From positions 7,444-71,443 of the forward strand of contig JACQWO010000009.1 in NCBI GenBank assembly GCA_016209225.1: a stretch of DNA of 64,000 nucleotides, given 5' to 3'. The DNA comes from Desulfobacterales bacterium. GTDB taxonomy: Bacteria > Desulfobacterota > UBA8473. A program made the position numbers and the translations under genes. This document shows, piece by piece, positions 9,614 to 19,736 of the stretch (positions within the stretch are counted from its first letter, which is position 1; each line of letters opens with the position of its first letter). The notes below the pieces were generated by a model. It was not told the origin of the DNA, searched no databases, and saw nothing but the letters and a program-made list of their open reading frames with translations.

Positions 9614-11728
9614 TTGTTTTTATGGTCTTTTGGTAAGGTGATTCTTGTAGAATCAAATAGTTACATCCTTACCCTTCCGGGATATTCCGCTCAGGTTTCC
9701 CATGGTTCCTGGGTAACGCTTCGCTCCGACGTCAGGGAAGAAGTCAAGGAGATCATCCGTTCCGAGGTGGACAAGCGGGAAGGCTTTTCCACCCCTCAAG
9801 AGGGGAAGGCCAATCTGAGCGCCGTGGAAGACGAGAAGGAGAAAGAGGATGCGGCGTATAAGAGAACCATTGACGTTGCCGGCAAGGAATTTACCCGGGC
9901 CAAGAAACGGCGTGATGACCTTACGACTCAGTTTCAGGCAGCTTCAACGGATATGGAGGAGCAGCAAAAGAATATCAAAACGATCAGGACGGGCATTGAG
10001 AACTTAGACAGCCAGATTGCCCGCTACAACCAGGACGTCAAGACCCAGCAGGATACCCTCAAGAAATGGCTTCAGACAGAAAAACAAGGGGAGGCCCTCG
10101 TGGCTGCGATCTTCACCCGGGGGTTTAAAGACAAGGCCCATGCCCTGGAAAGCCTGTCCGACCAAGCATCAGCCCCCCTGATGGCCGCGTACATGGGTGT
10201 CTATATCCAGTCCTTCACTCAAGTCATTGGCTCCGCTCTTTCCGTTGATTTTATCCGCGCTATCGAGGAAGGAACGGCCAAGTGGAACAACGAGGAGCCC
10301 CTAAGGATCGAACTGGAGAAGGGGGCTAAAGGCACCGCCTATCTGCGTCTGAAGCGCTATGAGCTATATCCCTTCCAGGATCCGAAGGGGGGGCGGGTCA
10401 AACCCGCGCCTTCCTCTAAAAACATCCGGGTCGCTCTCATCACTACCAGGAAGGAGCTGGAAGACTTTATCACCGGAAACGGTTATTCTCCCGCCAATTA
10501 TGATTTGAACCGGGCCTACGCCACGCTCAAGGAGACCGTGCAGATGAACGCCGCCACTGAAAGCGGCCTCCAGGAACAGGTCAGGTTGTTTCAGGAGAGA
10601 ATCGGCTCCCTCAAGCAGAAAGTTGCCTCCGCCCGGTCGGAAAAGGAGGCGCAATTGCCCTTTCTGAAGAAGAAGGAGGAGCAGGGCCGGAAAACAGCGC
10701 AAGAAACGACAGTCTTACAGTCCAGGAAAGAAGAAGCGGAGCTTTCCTTCCATGAGACTCAGAAATCCCTCCACAACATCCGGCGCATCCGGGAGTCTAT
10801 TATCGTCAAGACCGCCCTGGCCACTGCCCGTGGTTCCCAGAGTCCAGCAGAGTCCTCCGCAGAGGCCATTGTTGATAAACTATCGGAGGTGAAGAATGAT
10901 GCGAAGACCCAGCACTCCACTTCCACCACGGAGGTGACCAATTTTCAGATTACGGCGGAATCTTCAACCCAGGCCATAACGGAGGCCCATATCACTGCCG
11001 TCCGCCTGATATCTTTTATCAATGAGGGGGACAGCGTTCGGGTGAAGATAGCCTTCCGGGTGAGGACCGTGCTGGAGGAGCCGGGGGAGGAAGTCCGCCG
11101 GGGAATACCGCCTCCCTTCCGGGAAGCCCCTGCCGAACCGCAACCCTCCCGGGAAGTTCCTGCCAAGAAGAAGGTGTCTCGTTTAATCCCTTTGTTTATC
11201 AAACCGGCAGACGGGGAGGAAAGAAAAACCGCCGGGACGCCAGAACCGGAAAAGGCTGTCCCGGTCAGGGAGCGGGTGAGTAGGAATCCCAATGTCCTGG
11301 GGGATGCCGAGGCTGGCGATGTTCTGTTCGAGGTAATCAGCGCCAGGTCATCGGGCGATGATATATCTGTATTTGTGGATGTGACGAACATCACGGAGGA
11401 TTCCACTAGGAACGTAGCCATCTACGACGAGGCATACCGCTGGGTAAAATCGAAGATGATAGACGATGCAGGCAAGGAGCATGAAGTATCACAGGTGCTG
11501 TTCTGGAAAGGACAGCAGAAGACCTCCATGTACGATGCGGGGACGCGGGGGGTGCAGGTAGATGGGAGGACGACTTTCACGGCGCAGCTCATTTTCAAAA
11601 AAGTTCCTTCTAACCTGAAAACAATCAATAAGCTGACAATCCATCCATTCATCTATTTCCGCAAAGCGTTTATCTGGACATGGAAGGAGTACAGTCTGCC
11701 GTTTCAGAACATCCGTGTGAGTCGGTGA
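9614..11728 (+). CDS. Large coiled-coil protein with Pro-rich linker and C-terminal beta-rich domain, unknown function; N-terminus possibly truncated
   Basis: 704-aa ORF, long E/K/Q-rich heptads, PPPFREAPAEP linker; TTG start without clear RBS or signal peptide. Confidence 0.6.
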   Translation: MFLWSFGKVILVESNSYILTLPGYSAQVSHGSWVTLRSDVREEVKEIIRSEVDKREGFSTPQEGKANLSAVEDEKEKEDAAYKRTIDVAGKEFTRAKKRRDDLTTQFQAASTDMEEQQKNIKTIRTGIENLDSQIARYNQDVKTQQDTLKKWLQTEKQGEALVAAIFTRGFKDKAHALESLSDQASAPLMAAYMGVYIQSFTQVIGSALSVDFIRAIEEGTAKWNNEEPLRIELEKGAKGTAYLRLKRYELYPFQDPKGGRVKPAPSSKNIRVALITTRKELEDFITGNGYSPANYDLNRAYATLKETVQMNAATESGLQEQVRLFQERIGSLKQKVASARSEKEAQLPFLKKKEEQGRKTAQETTVLQSRKEEAELSFHETQKSLHNIRRIRESIIVKTALATARGSQSPAESSAEAIVDKLSEVKNDAKTQHSTSTTEVTNFQITAESSTQAITEAHITAVRLISFINEGDSVRVKIAFRVRTVLEEPGEEVRRGIPPPFREAPAEPQPSREVPAKKKVSRLIPLFIKPADGEERKTAGTPEPEKAVPVRERVSRNPNVLGDAEAGDVLFEVISARSSGDDISVFVDVTNITEDSTRNVAIYDEAYRWVKSKMIDDAGKEHEVSQVLFWKGQQKTSMYDAGTRGVQVDGRTTFTAQLIFKKVPSNLKTINKLTIHPFIYFRKAFIWTWKEYSLPFQNIRVSR

Positions 11729-12035
11729 TGTCCCCCTGTATCAGGAATTAGGCGGAGCGGATTTAAGCAAGCATCCTTTGTATGCTCCGCTTTGAGCGCG
11801 AGATGATCTCTTCCGGAATTTTAGAGGGGGCGGTGGAAATAGGGTTATGGTAAACCTGAACGGACACGAAACTGGAAACGGTGAATACAGCCAAGGAGAG
11901 ACTAAAGCCACTGGGCTACTGCTGTACTCGGCTATTTTCAGAGAACAGTGTAAAGAATTGTAGAACAACAGCAGTCAAAAAAAAATTGACATACAAATAG
12001 GTTGATGATATGTATAAAAATTAGGCATACGGTAA

Positions 12036-12482
12036 GTGATCACGGATTACCGGATGCCCGGGGACGTTGATTGCAGCGGTATGGCTGAAAATTGGCACAG
12101 TATATCATATAAGAGGGATGCATCAACCGGTGCGGTTTGGGCAGAAGCTTACGCAGAGGCCGGATCGCCCTGGTTTTCCGGCCATTTCCCCGCTGAACCT
12201 ATTCTGCCGGGTATTGCTATCCTCTCCATGGTGACGGACGTCATCAGACAATATGAGTCCGAAAAAGGAAGAAGGATCAGGATCGCCGGCATCAGGAGGG
12301 TCAGGTTCAGACTGCCGGTTAGTCCGGATGAGTTGTTGATGATATCCCTGTCTTTACCCAGCCAGGAGGGAGGTCTTTCCTATCATTTTAAGTGTGAGTT
12401 GAATGGAAAGACGGTATGCACGGGTATTGTCACTGCTGAGCCGGTGACTGATGAAATTCAGGGGCATGACGCATTTTTATAA
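12036..12482 (+). CDS. Hotdog-fold 3-hydroxyacyl-ACP dehydratase (FabZ/ApeI-like)
   Basis: WFSGHFPAEPILPG catalytic His motif; start codon uncertain. Confidence 0.8.
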   Translation: MITDYRMPGDVDCSGMAENWHSISYKRDASTGAVWAEAYAEAGSPWFSGHFPAEPILPGIAILSMVTDVIRQYESEKGRRIRIAGIRRVRFRLPVSPDELLMISLSLPSQEGGLSYHFKCELNGKTVCTGIVTAEPVTDEIQGHDAFL

Positions 12483-12527
12483 AAGTTATGGATGTGATGA
12501 CCGATTCTATTGTCAGGAGGATTATGA

Positions 12528-12794
12528 ATGGCCGTTAGTACAGATAAGAAGGGAATGATAATTCGCATTGCGGAAATTATCATCTTCGAACTGAAACTGG
12601 AAAAAATTACGCCGGAAACATTCGACCCCGATCTTGATCTGGTGGATGAACTTGGCGTTGACAGTATGGATCTGGCCACGATAGCTCTCGTGCTTCAGGA
12701 CGAATACGGCATTAAAATTGACGAAGATGATTATCCCAAACTCAGAAACATTAACATGATCGCTGAATATATCAGGCAAAAACAGACGGAATGA
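12528..12794 (+). CDS. Acyl carrier protein (ACP-2)
   Basis: ELGVDSMD motif, acidic, 88 aa; AGGAGG upstream. Confidence 0.9.
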   Translation: MAVSTDKKGMIIRIAEIIIFELKLEKITPETFDPDLDLVDELGVDSMDLATIALVLQDEYGIKIDEDDYPKLRNINMIAEYIRQKQTE

Positions 12795-12816
12795 AATCAA
12801 GGAAACCCTCAGATTC

Positions 12817-13899
12817 ATGAATACCACTAACGTCATGATAAACCCTCAATGCGATAAAGAGAAGAAAAAATGGAAGTTTTCCGAGTTGCTGGCCGACCCG
12901 GAGGTTCGCCGCCGCTGGGAAAAGGTAAGGGAATTTTTTTTCCTGCGTGAATCAACTTATGACATGACCAGCCGTTGCAATATCCGCTGCGACGGCTGTT
13001 ATTATTATGAAGGGGGAAAACAGTTTGTCGAAGAAAATGGGGATCCGGAGACGTGGCGAAAGCTGATGAAAGAGGAAAAGGCAAGGGGTATCACCTATGT
13101 CGTTCTGGCCGGCGCCGAGCCATCCATGGTTCCGAAGCTTCTGGATGTCTGTTACGGGGAAATCCCCCTTGGCTGTATTGCCACGAATGGCATTAAACGC
13201 ATTTCCCAAACGGTAGGGTATAAGATTCACATCTCCGTTTGGGGAAACGATGAAACGAGCCTGCATGTGAGAAGGGCAAAAAGTTTGCTGTCAAAACAGA
13301 TCGAAAATTACCGGGACGACCCAAGGGCCGTGTTCGTCTACACGTTTACGCGGGATAATATCGCCGAAGTTTACGAGGTCATGGACACCATCGTTGCCCA
13401 TAATTGCAAGATCACCTTCAACGTTTTTTCATCTCCTGTCGGCTATACAGGGCACCTCAGGCATAACAGGGAATCCCTTGACCGGATGCGTAAAGTCATC
13501 ATGGATCTCCTGCTTTGTTATCAGGGAAATGTGCTTTTTTCCCCTTATAACGCGGTTGCGCATACCCATGAATACGGTCTTCACAAACTTTATGGATGTC
13601 CATATCCGAGGAGAAATCCTTCGACGGATATCGGTCTTGGACGGTCTTTCAGGCAATACCGGGCAGATTTGTCCTGGGATCGGGATACGTCATGCTGTGT
13701 TCCCGACACGGACTGCGATGAATGCAGGCATTATGCCGCCGGCAGCGCCGTTGTCACGGCGCGTCTTTATCGTCATGTAACCGACCCGGATACATTCAAA
13801 TCATGGCTTGACTATGTGGATACCTACCTTGCCGTCTGGGTAAAGGGTTACGAGAAGGGCGACAACCTCTGTCCTGAGATGATCGCTCCCCCAATATGA
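12817..13899 (+). CDS. Radical SAM protein (non-B12), uncharacterised paralog A
   Basis: CNIRCDGC, GAEP, ATNG; C-terminal CP...CC...CxxC Cys cluster. Confidence 0.8.
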   Translation: MNTTNVMINPQCDKEKKKWKFSELLADPEVRRRWEKVREFFFLRESTYDMTSRCNIRCDGCYYYEGGKQFVEENGDPETWRKLMKEEKARGITYVVLAGAEPSMVPKLLDVCYGEIPLGCIATNGIKRISQTVGYKIHISVWGNDETSLHVRRAKSLLSKQIENYRDDPRAVFVYTFTRDNIAEVYEVMDTIVAHNCKITFNVFSSPVGYTGHLRHNRESLDRMRKVIMDLLLCYQGNVLFSPYNAVAHTHEYGLHKLYGCPYPRRNPSTDIGLGRSFRQYRADLSWDRDTSCCVPDTDCDECRHYAAGSAVVTARLYRHVTDPDTFKSWLDYVDTYLAVWVKGYEKGDNLCPEMIAPPI

Positions 13900-13913
13900 A
13901 ACGGGATTAATCT

Positions 13914-14912
13914 ATGAAAACCGTCAGTTCCCTGCTGGATAAAGCCTGGCATGAACGCTACAGGAAGATATCCGCTCTTAATATCCGCAGTTCCATCTAT
14001 GATGTGACCAACCGATGTAACCTGCTATGCAGGGGATGTTTTTTCTTTTCTTCCAACGAACATAAGGCGGCCACCGAAGAAATGGATGTAGAAAAATGGC
14101 GGCAGTTTGTTCACAGAGAAAAGGAACGGGGCGTTAATCTTGCTATTCTAATCGGCGGGGAACCTACGCTGTGCCTTGACCGGGTTGAGGCTTTTTATGC
14201 GCAACTGCCGACCTATTGTGCGACCAACGGACAGATAAAGATTCCCAGAGAACGCTTTCCTGATATGATGGTGGGCATCTCGCTATGGGGCGACGAAGAA
14301 GACGAAAAGATACTCAGGGGAAAAGATACGTTCGCCGTATCCGGTAAAAATTACGAAGGAGATCCGTACACCTATTATCTGTATACGATCACACCGAAAC
14401 AGGTCGGACGGATAGAATCTATGATCAGAAAGATCACCGATGTCGGGCTGAAAGTTCATCTGCAGTTGTTGACGAATGATGAACATGTAGACGGTTTTTT
14501 CTGGACGGAAGAGAAACTCAGAGATGTTCGAGCTGAAATGGACGATATGCTCGACAAATACCCCAATACCGTCATCTCCTGCAAGTACTACCACGAAATT
14601 ATTACCACGGGGAAGATGATGAATCGGACATTCGGATGGGCGGAGTGCCCATCTGTCACAGAACCGATGGACAACAGGAGTCCCCGGCCCAAAAGGCTCA
14701 TCCGGTTTATCCGCTGGGCTTCTGATCTCCACACCATGCATCGGTGCTGTACATCCGCCACAAGAGATTGCTCGACCTGCAAGGACGGTGCCGCATACAT
14801 GAGCTGGGTCATGGTCAATAAAAGAGACCATCTGCGGTCAGCGAAGGATCTCCAGAACTGGATTGAAGTGTATGAAATGTTTGCCAAACTCTACCGGTTC
14901 ATACCATGGTAG
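13914..14912 (+). CDS. Radical SAM protein (non-B12), uncharacterised paralog B
   Basis: CNLLCRGC, GGEP, ATNG; C-terminal CP...CC...CxxC; motif order identical to paralog A. Confidence 0.8.
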   Translation: MKTVSSLLDKAWHERYRKISALNIRSSIYDVTNRCNLLCRGCFFFSSNEHKAATEEMDVEKWRQFVHREKERGVNLAILIGGEPTLCLDRVEAFYAQLPTYCATNGQIKIPRERFPDMMVGISLWGDEEDEKILRGKDTFAVSGKNYEGDPYTYYLYTITPKQVGRIESMIRKITDVGLKVHLQLLTNDEHVDGFFWTEEKLRDVRAEMDDMLDKYPNTVISCKYYHEIITTGKMMNRTFGWAECPSVTEPMDNRSPRPKRLIRFIRWASDLHTMHRCCTSATRDCSTCKDGAAYMSWVMVNKRDHLRSAKDLQNWIEVYEMFAKLYRFIPW

Positions 14913-14954
14913 TCCTACAGATGCCCACTATACCCACAAACAAGACAGCCAAGC

Positions 14955-16205
14955 ATGGATAGACAAAGACCGGTAATTTTAGGGTATGATGCGGTATCCC
15001 CCCTGGGTGTCGAGATGGAAACTCAGTGGGACCGTGCCTCACATGGCGCAAGCGGTATCGGTTTCCTGACCCGTTTCCCCCTTCGTGAGGGTTTCCCCGT
15101 GCGAATAGCCGGTCAGGTTGATGAGATCGTCACCGATTACTATCCTTTTTTGGCGTCCCGTGATATGGCTTTATGGACATCGCCTGTTTTCAGGCATGCC
15201 CTGTTGGTTGTCCACCGTGCGCTGAAAAAAAGCGGGATAGAGGTAACAAGTGATATTTCACATAGAGTAGCCATTACCTTCAGTTCCGCCATCGGCGGCC
15301 TCGATGCCGTTATCCGTGCGGACAGGCTGTTGGTTTCAGAAGGGAAACTCCCCCATCCTTTTACCAATCCGAACTCCTGTATCAATATGGTGGGGGGGAA
15401 AATATCCATCATGACCGGCGCGACAGGCCCCATAACGTCCACCATCACCGCCTGTGCAACGGGTTCTACATCCATGATTATCGGGGCCATGCTTATCGCG
15501 CAGGGTATGGCGGATGTGGTCATCTGCGGCGCTGTTGATTTTCCCCTTATCGAGCCCATTCTGGGCGGTTTTGCCACGATGAACGGAGCGTACAGGCCCA
15601 GGGAAGGTCAACCGGAAGAACCTCCGGAGAAGGCAAGCCGTCCCTTCTCCATCAACAGGCGTGGTTTTATCGTATCGGAGGGCGCCGGTTGCATCATTCT
15701 CGCGGGAGAGGCATTCGCGCAGGCCCATGGCCTTATCCCCAGGATTGAAATGGCGGGATGGGCCATGACATCCGACGCCCATCATTTTGTTGCCCCGAAC
15801 CTTGAAACGGTCAGACGGTGCATCGCGGAGAGCATTGTCCATTCCGGCCTGCAGCCGGGGGATATTGACGCGGTTAATGCCCATGGGACATCAACGAAGA
15901 TCGGTGACAGGATTGAGGGGGATGCCTTGAAGGATGTTTTCGGCAGCGGCGTGCCGCCGGTATCGGCCAACAAGTCCCAGATCGGCCACGCCATGGGGGC
16001 TTCCTCCGCCATTGAAATCATACTTGCCATGGAGGGGATGATTCGTGATACGCTTCTCCCCACAATTAATTATATGCCTGACCCGGATATCGTTGTTGAT
16101 TGCGTTCCGGAAGGAGCGAGAGCTGTTGCTCAGGAGCACGTGTTAAAAAATGCATTCGGATTCGGCGGCTGTAATTCCTGTATCGTCCTGCGCAGGATCG
16201 CCTGA
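14955..16205 (+). CDS. fabF: Beta-ketoacyl-ACP synthase II-like (FabF family)
   Basis: TACATG, NAHGTST, KSQIGH, NAFGFGG. Confidence 0.85.
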   Translation: MDRQRPVILGYDAVSPLGVEMETQWDRASHGASGIGFLTRFPLREGFPVRIAGQVDEIVTDYYPFLASRDMALWTSPVFRHALLVVHRALKKSGIEVTSDISHRVAITFSSAIGGLDAVIRADRLLVSEGKLPHPFTNPNSCINMVGGKISIMTGATGPITSTITACATGSTSMIIGAMLIAQGMADVVICGAVDFPLIEPILGGFATMNGAYRPREGQPEEPPEKASRPFSINRRGFIVSEGAGCIILAGEAFAQAHGLIPRIEMAGWAMTSDAHHFVAPNLETVRRCIAESIVHSGLQPGDIDAVNAHGTSTKIGDRIEGDALKDVFGSGVPPVSANKSQIGHAMGASSAIEIILAMEGMIRDTLLPTINYMPDPDIVVDCVPEGARAVAQEHVLKNAFGFGGCNSCIVLRRIA

Positions 16206-16219
16206 GGCTTATAAATAAA

Positions 16220-16268
16220 GGCTGAAGAGGATTTTTCCCTAAAAGCCTTCAGTCTTCAGCCTAAACAC
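16220..16268. repeat. REP-like short palindromic unit (GGCTGAAG / CTTCAGCC)
   Basis: GGCTGAAG...GCCTTCAGTCTTCAGCCTAAAC; related units at 19645-19714 and 34700-34766. Confidence 0.5.
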
Positions 16269-16291
16269 CTTCTTATGAACTGTGAACGTAT

Positions 16292-17557
16292 ATGAAACCA
16301 CCAAAGAACAGACGGGTTTTTGTCGTCGGATATGGTGTGGCGTCGCCACTGGGAAAGACATTTAAACAAACATGGGAACGGGCGGTTAAAGGCGAAGCCG
16401 GCTTCCGCAAAGTGACCAGATGTCAGGTGGAATCCCTCTGCGATGTTGTGGGCGAGATTCCGGACTGGGATCCCAAGGAATTCGCTTTTTCAAATGAGAA
16501 GGAGGTTTACAACTGGAATGCGGCTTTTGTCATTCTCACCATGGTTATCTGTAAAGAAGCACTGGAGGACTCCGGGCTTCAAATAAACGGGGAGACGGGT
16601 CCCCGGACGGCCTGCCTGATCGGTTCGTCCATAAACGGAACCGACTCCTTCCGTATCGCCATGGAAAATATGACGGTCAATGGGCCGTTAAAAGTAAGCC
16701 CCTACCTGCTTCCCAACCTCTGCTCCAATCTGCCGTCAGGCAAGGCGGGTATGCTTCTGGGCTTTACCGGTCCGGTCTTTTCTCCTCAGGGGGCCTGCGC
16801 TTCCGGTAATTACGCCGTTGCCGTCGGTTCACGGATGATCCGGGACGGAGACTGCGATTTCGTCCTCGCCGGCGGCGTGGATATGCCTATTATGCCTGAG
16901 ATTATCCACGGTTTTGCCAATATGAATGCCACCGTCAAGATTGTTCCTCATGATCGCGCCTCTGAGGATCCTTCCCAGGCCTCCCGCCCTTTCAGCGTTG
17001 ACCGGAAAGGTTTTGTCCTTTCTGAAGGGGGAGGTGTGATCGTGCTGGCCGCGGATGAGGCTATTTCGCATTACGGTTTGAAGGCAAAAGCTGAAGTCAT
17101 GGGCATAGGCTGGTCGTCAGACGCCTATCATTTTACGAGACCGAACAAAGATACCATCATCCGGGCGCTCAGGGAAACCATTGAAGATGCCGGATTGAAG
17201 CCGCATGACGTGGAGTATGTCAATGCTCATGGAACATCCACGGTCAGGGGAGACAGTACGGAAATAGATTGCCTGCGCGCCGTTTTTGGTGATATGTTGA
17301 AGGATATTCCCATATCGTCGAACAAATCCCAGATAGGACATACGCTTGGCGCCGCTGCCGCCATTGAAAATGCCCTTACTATCGAGGGAATGCGGCAAGG
17401 GGTGATCCTGCCTACAATAAACCATATCCCTGATCCGCTGTTTGACGGTTTGGACTTTGTGTCCAATGAGGCCCGCCGGCGCCGGTATGAAATCGCTCTC
17501 TCAAATGCGTTCGGATTCGGCGGCACGAACTGTTGCGTTATATTCAGAGGGGTGTAG
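16292..17557 (+). CDS. fabF: Beta-ketoacyl-ACP synthase II-like (FabF family), second copy
   Basis: GACASG, NAHGTST, KSQIGH, NAFGFGG. Confidence 0.85.
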   Translation: MKPPKNRRVFVVGYGVASPLGKTFKQTWERAVKGEAGFRKVTRCQVESLCDVVGEIPDWDPKEFAFSNEKEVYNWNAAFVILTMVICKEALEDSGLQINGETGPRTACLIGSSINGTDSFRIAMENMTVNGPLKVSPYLLPNLCSNLPSGKAGMLLGFTGPVFSPQGACASGNYAVAVGSRMIRDGDCDFVLAGGVDMPIMPEIIHGFANMNATVKIVPHDRASEDPSQASRPFSVDRKGFVLSEGGGVIVLAADEAISHYGLKAKAEVMGIGWSSDAYHFTRPNKDTIIRALRETIEDAGLKPHDVEYVNAHGTSTVRGDSTEIDCLRAVFGDMLKDIPISSNKSQIGHTLGAAAAIENALTIEGMRQGVILPTINHIPDPLFDGLDFVSNEARRRRYEIALSNAFGFGGTNCCVIFRGV

Positions 17558-17558
17558 C

Positions 17559-18038
17559 GTGAGACCGAGACCGTTCATCCCGGAAGAGTTGGGAAATGAT
17601 AACCCTTATGTCCGGGATCAGGAAACCGGTCTTGTCTGGCACCGATGCCGGAAACGGACGCTGTACGCCGATACGGATCGCTCGGCGGTGGTCTATCATG
17701 CCAATTATCTTCGTTATTTTGAATTCGGCCGCACCTCGCTGATGCGTGATGCGGCGTATCCTTACCGGGAAATAGAAGAGAGCGGCTATGTTTACCCTGT
17801 CATCGAAATGGGGGTGCAGTTCCACGGGCCACTCCATTATGATGATCTCATGCTGATTTATACCCGGCCGGCGGAACTTGAACGGGTTAAGCTCCGTTTC
17901 GATTATCTGATTACCCACCTTGAAACGGGTAGAATCATCTGCAGGGGATTTACAAGGCACTGCGCTCTTAATTCATCGGGAAAGCCGGTGGCCGTTGATC
18001 CGAAGACGGTTCATCTCTGGAAGACCTTTCCGGAATAA
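17559..18038 (+). CDS. Acyl-CoA/ACP thioesterase (4HBT/YbgC family)
   Basis: YADTDRSAVVYHANYLRYFEFGR motif; likely start GTG 17559 just after fabF stop. Confidence 0.85.
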   Translation: MRPRPFIPEELGNDNPYVRDQETGLVWHRCRKRTLYADTDRSAVVYHANYLRYFEFGRTSLMRDAAYPYREIEESGYVYPVIEMGVQFHGPLHYDDLMLIYTRPAELERVKLRFDYLITHLETGRIICRGFTRHCALNSSGKPVAVDPKTVHLWKTFPE

Positions 18039-18118
18039 AAAGCGCCTAAAGTGAACTAAAATTTTTTAACTTCCAACTTTACACTTTAGTAACCATTAGG
18101 GAGTGTTTGGGAACAAAT

Positions 18119-18385
18119 ATGACACGTGAAGAGATCGTAACGCAAGTCCTCTGCTTTTTCCGAGAGGAATTTGAGATTGAAAATCCTGGATTGGATGATA
18201 ATCTGAGAGAAAAACACGGATTTGACAGTATAGATGCCATCGAGATGCTCCTTAAGATCGAAAAAATGCTTGCCTCCGAACTGAGCCATGAGGAAAAGAA
18301 ACGGGCAATGGATATCCGGACAATCAATCATATCTGCGATTACATTGAATCGCTGGCCGTGGCAAGAGCGGCATCTTCAGAATGA
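18119..18385 (+). CDS. Acyl carrier protein (ACP-3)
   Basis: HGFDSIDAIE motif; likely start ATG 18119. Confidence 0.85.
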   Translation: MTREEIVTQVLCFFREEFEIENPGLDDNLREKHGFDSIDAIEMLLKIEKMLASELSHEEKKRAMDIRTINHICDYIESLAVARAASSE

Positions 18386-19629
18386 GAGGCGGGATGGAAA
18401 GAAGGGTTGTCATTACTGCGTGTTCTGCCATCACCCCTATCGGCCGTTCCAAAGCGGAGATTCTTCACCGTCTGGTGCACGGAATTTCCGGGGTCAAGGC
18501 CTTGAGGGAAGACGACCTGTTGTCCCCCTACATCCACTCCAAGGTCTTTGGAACCGTTGATTATCCTGTTGTCTACGATTTCCAGCGTCAACACCGAAAA
18601 ACCATGGGGCCCGTCGCCTATTATGCGTGCCAGGTGGCGAAGGAGGCGCTTGAGAGCGCCGGTCTGGATCAGGAATTTGTCACGTCCGGCCGTCTGGGTG
18701 TCGCCTTCGGCTCGACCCACGGGAGCCCCACCGTTCAGCGGAATATATACAAGACTTTTTTCGGCGGATCACGAACCGAGTTTTCTTCCATCGGCGCTGT
18801 TGACTACCTGAAATCCATGGTACATACCACAGCCGTCAATATCACAAAGATGTTCGGCATTACAGGCCGCGTCATTTCATCATCCACGGCCTGCACGACA
18901 AGCAGCCAATCCATCGGTTACGGTTATGAAGCGATCAAATACGGGATGCAGGACGCCATGATTTGCGGCGGAGCTGACGAATACGATACAACCACCGTTG
19001 CCGTGTTTGATAATCTGCTCGCCTGTTCGACGGCCTTCAACGATACGCCCCACTTGACACCCCGTCCCTTTGATGCGAAGAGGGACGGGTTAGTCGTGGG
19101 AGAAGGGGCGGGGGCCGTCCTGCTGGAGGAGTATGAGTTTGCCCGAAAGAGAGGCACGCCGATACTGGCGGAGGTGATAGGGTTTGCCTGCAACAACAAC
19201 GGCGGCGACCTGATCCTGCCGAACCTGGGCGGCATTACGGAGACCATCCGGATCGGACTGAGAGAGGCAAAGATCAATGCGGAGGAGGTGGATTTCATCA
19301 GCGCCCACGCAACGGGAACCAAGATGGGAGATGTGATTGAATCACAGGCTATTTACGATGTCTATGGGAGTCTTCCCGGCGTTGTCGGGTTGAAAAGTTA
19401 TATGGGGCACTCCATGGGTTCGTGCGGCGTCATTGAGACCATCATAGCGGTATATCTGATGGAGGAAGGATTCATCGCGCCGACATTGAACCTGGATGAG
19501 ATAGATGAAAGGTGCGCCATGCTCAATCACGTCGTCTCGCTCAGGGAATCTCCGATCCGGATCGCCGCCATCCAGAATTTTGCCTTTGGCGGCGTAAATA
19601 CCAACCTCATCATAAAAAAGATGCCTTGA
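18382..19629 (+). CDS. Beta-ketoacyl-ACP synthase (FabB/FabF superfamily, aryl-polyene KS-like)
   Basis: STACTTSS, SAHATGT, KSYMGHS, NFAFGG. Confidence 0.85.
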   Translation: MRGGMERRVVITACSAITPIGRSKAEILHRLVHGISGVKALREDDLLSPYIHSKVFGTVDYPVVYDFQRQHRKTMGPVAYYACQVAKEALESAGLDQEFVTSGRLGVAFGSTHGSPTVQRNIYKTFFGGSRTEFSSIGAVDYLKSMVHTTAVNITKMFGITGRVISSSTACTTSSQSIGYGYEAIKYGMQDAMICGGADEYDTTTVAVFDNLLACSTAFNDTPHLTPRPFDAKRDGLVVGEGAGAVLLEEYEFARKRGTPILAEVIGFACNNNGGDLILPNLGGITETIRIGLREAKINAEEVDFISAHATGTKMGDVIESQAIYDVYGSLPGVVGLKSYMGHSMGSCGVIETIIAVYLMEEGFIAPTLNLDEIDERCAMLNHVVSLRESPIRIAAIQNFAFGGVNTNLIIKKMP

Positions 19630-19644
19630 CTGCTCACGTAGTCA

Positions 19645-19714
19645 GGCTGAAGCTGTTTAGGCTGAAGGAATCCGATTTTCCCTAACAGCCTTCAGTCTAT
19701 CCACCTTCAGCCTA
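19645..19714. repeat. REP-like palindromic unit (AGGCTGAAG x2 / CTTCAGCCT)
   Basis: AGGCTGAAG twice on the left, CCTTCAG twice on the right; follows KS stop. Confidence 0.55.
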
Positions 19715-19736
19715 ATAGTTTGACGGATGAGACGAT

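Noticed and set aside
11729-12035. Possible small gene or ncRNA (75-aa minus-strand ORF)
   Set aside because: No recognisable motif, RBS or structure; more likely a promoter region for the second FAS module.
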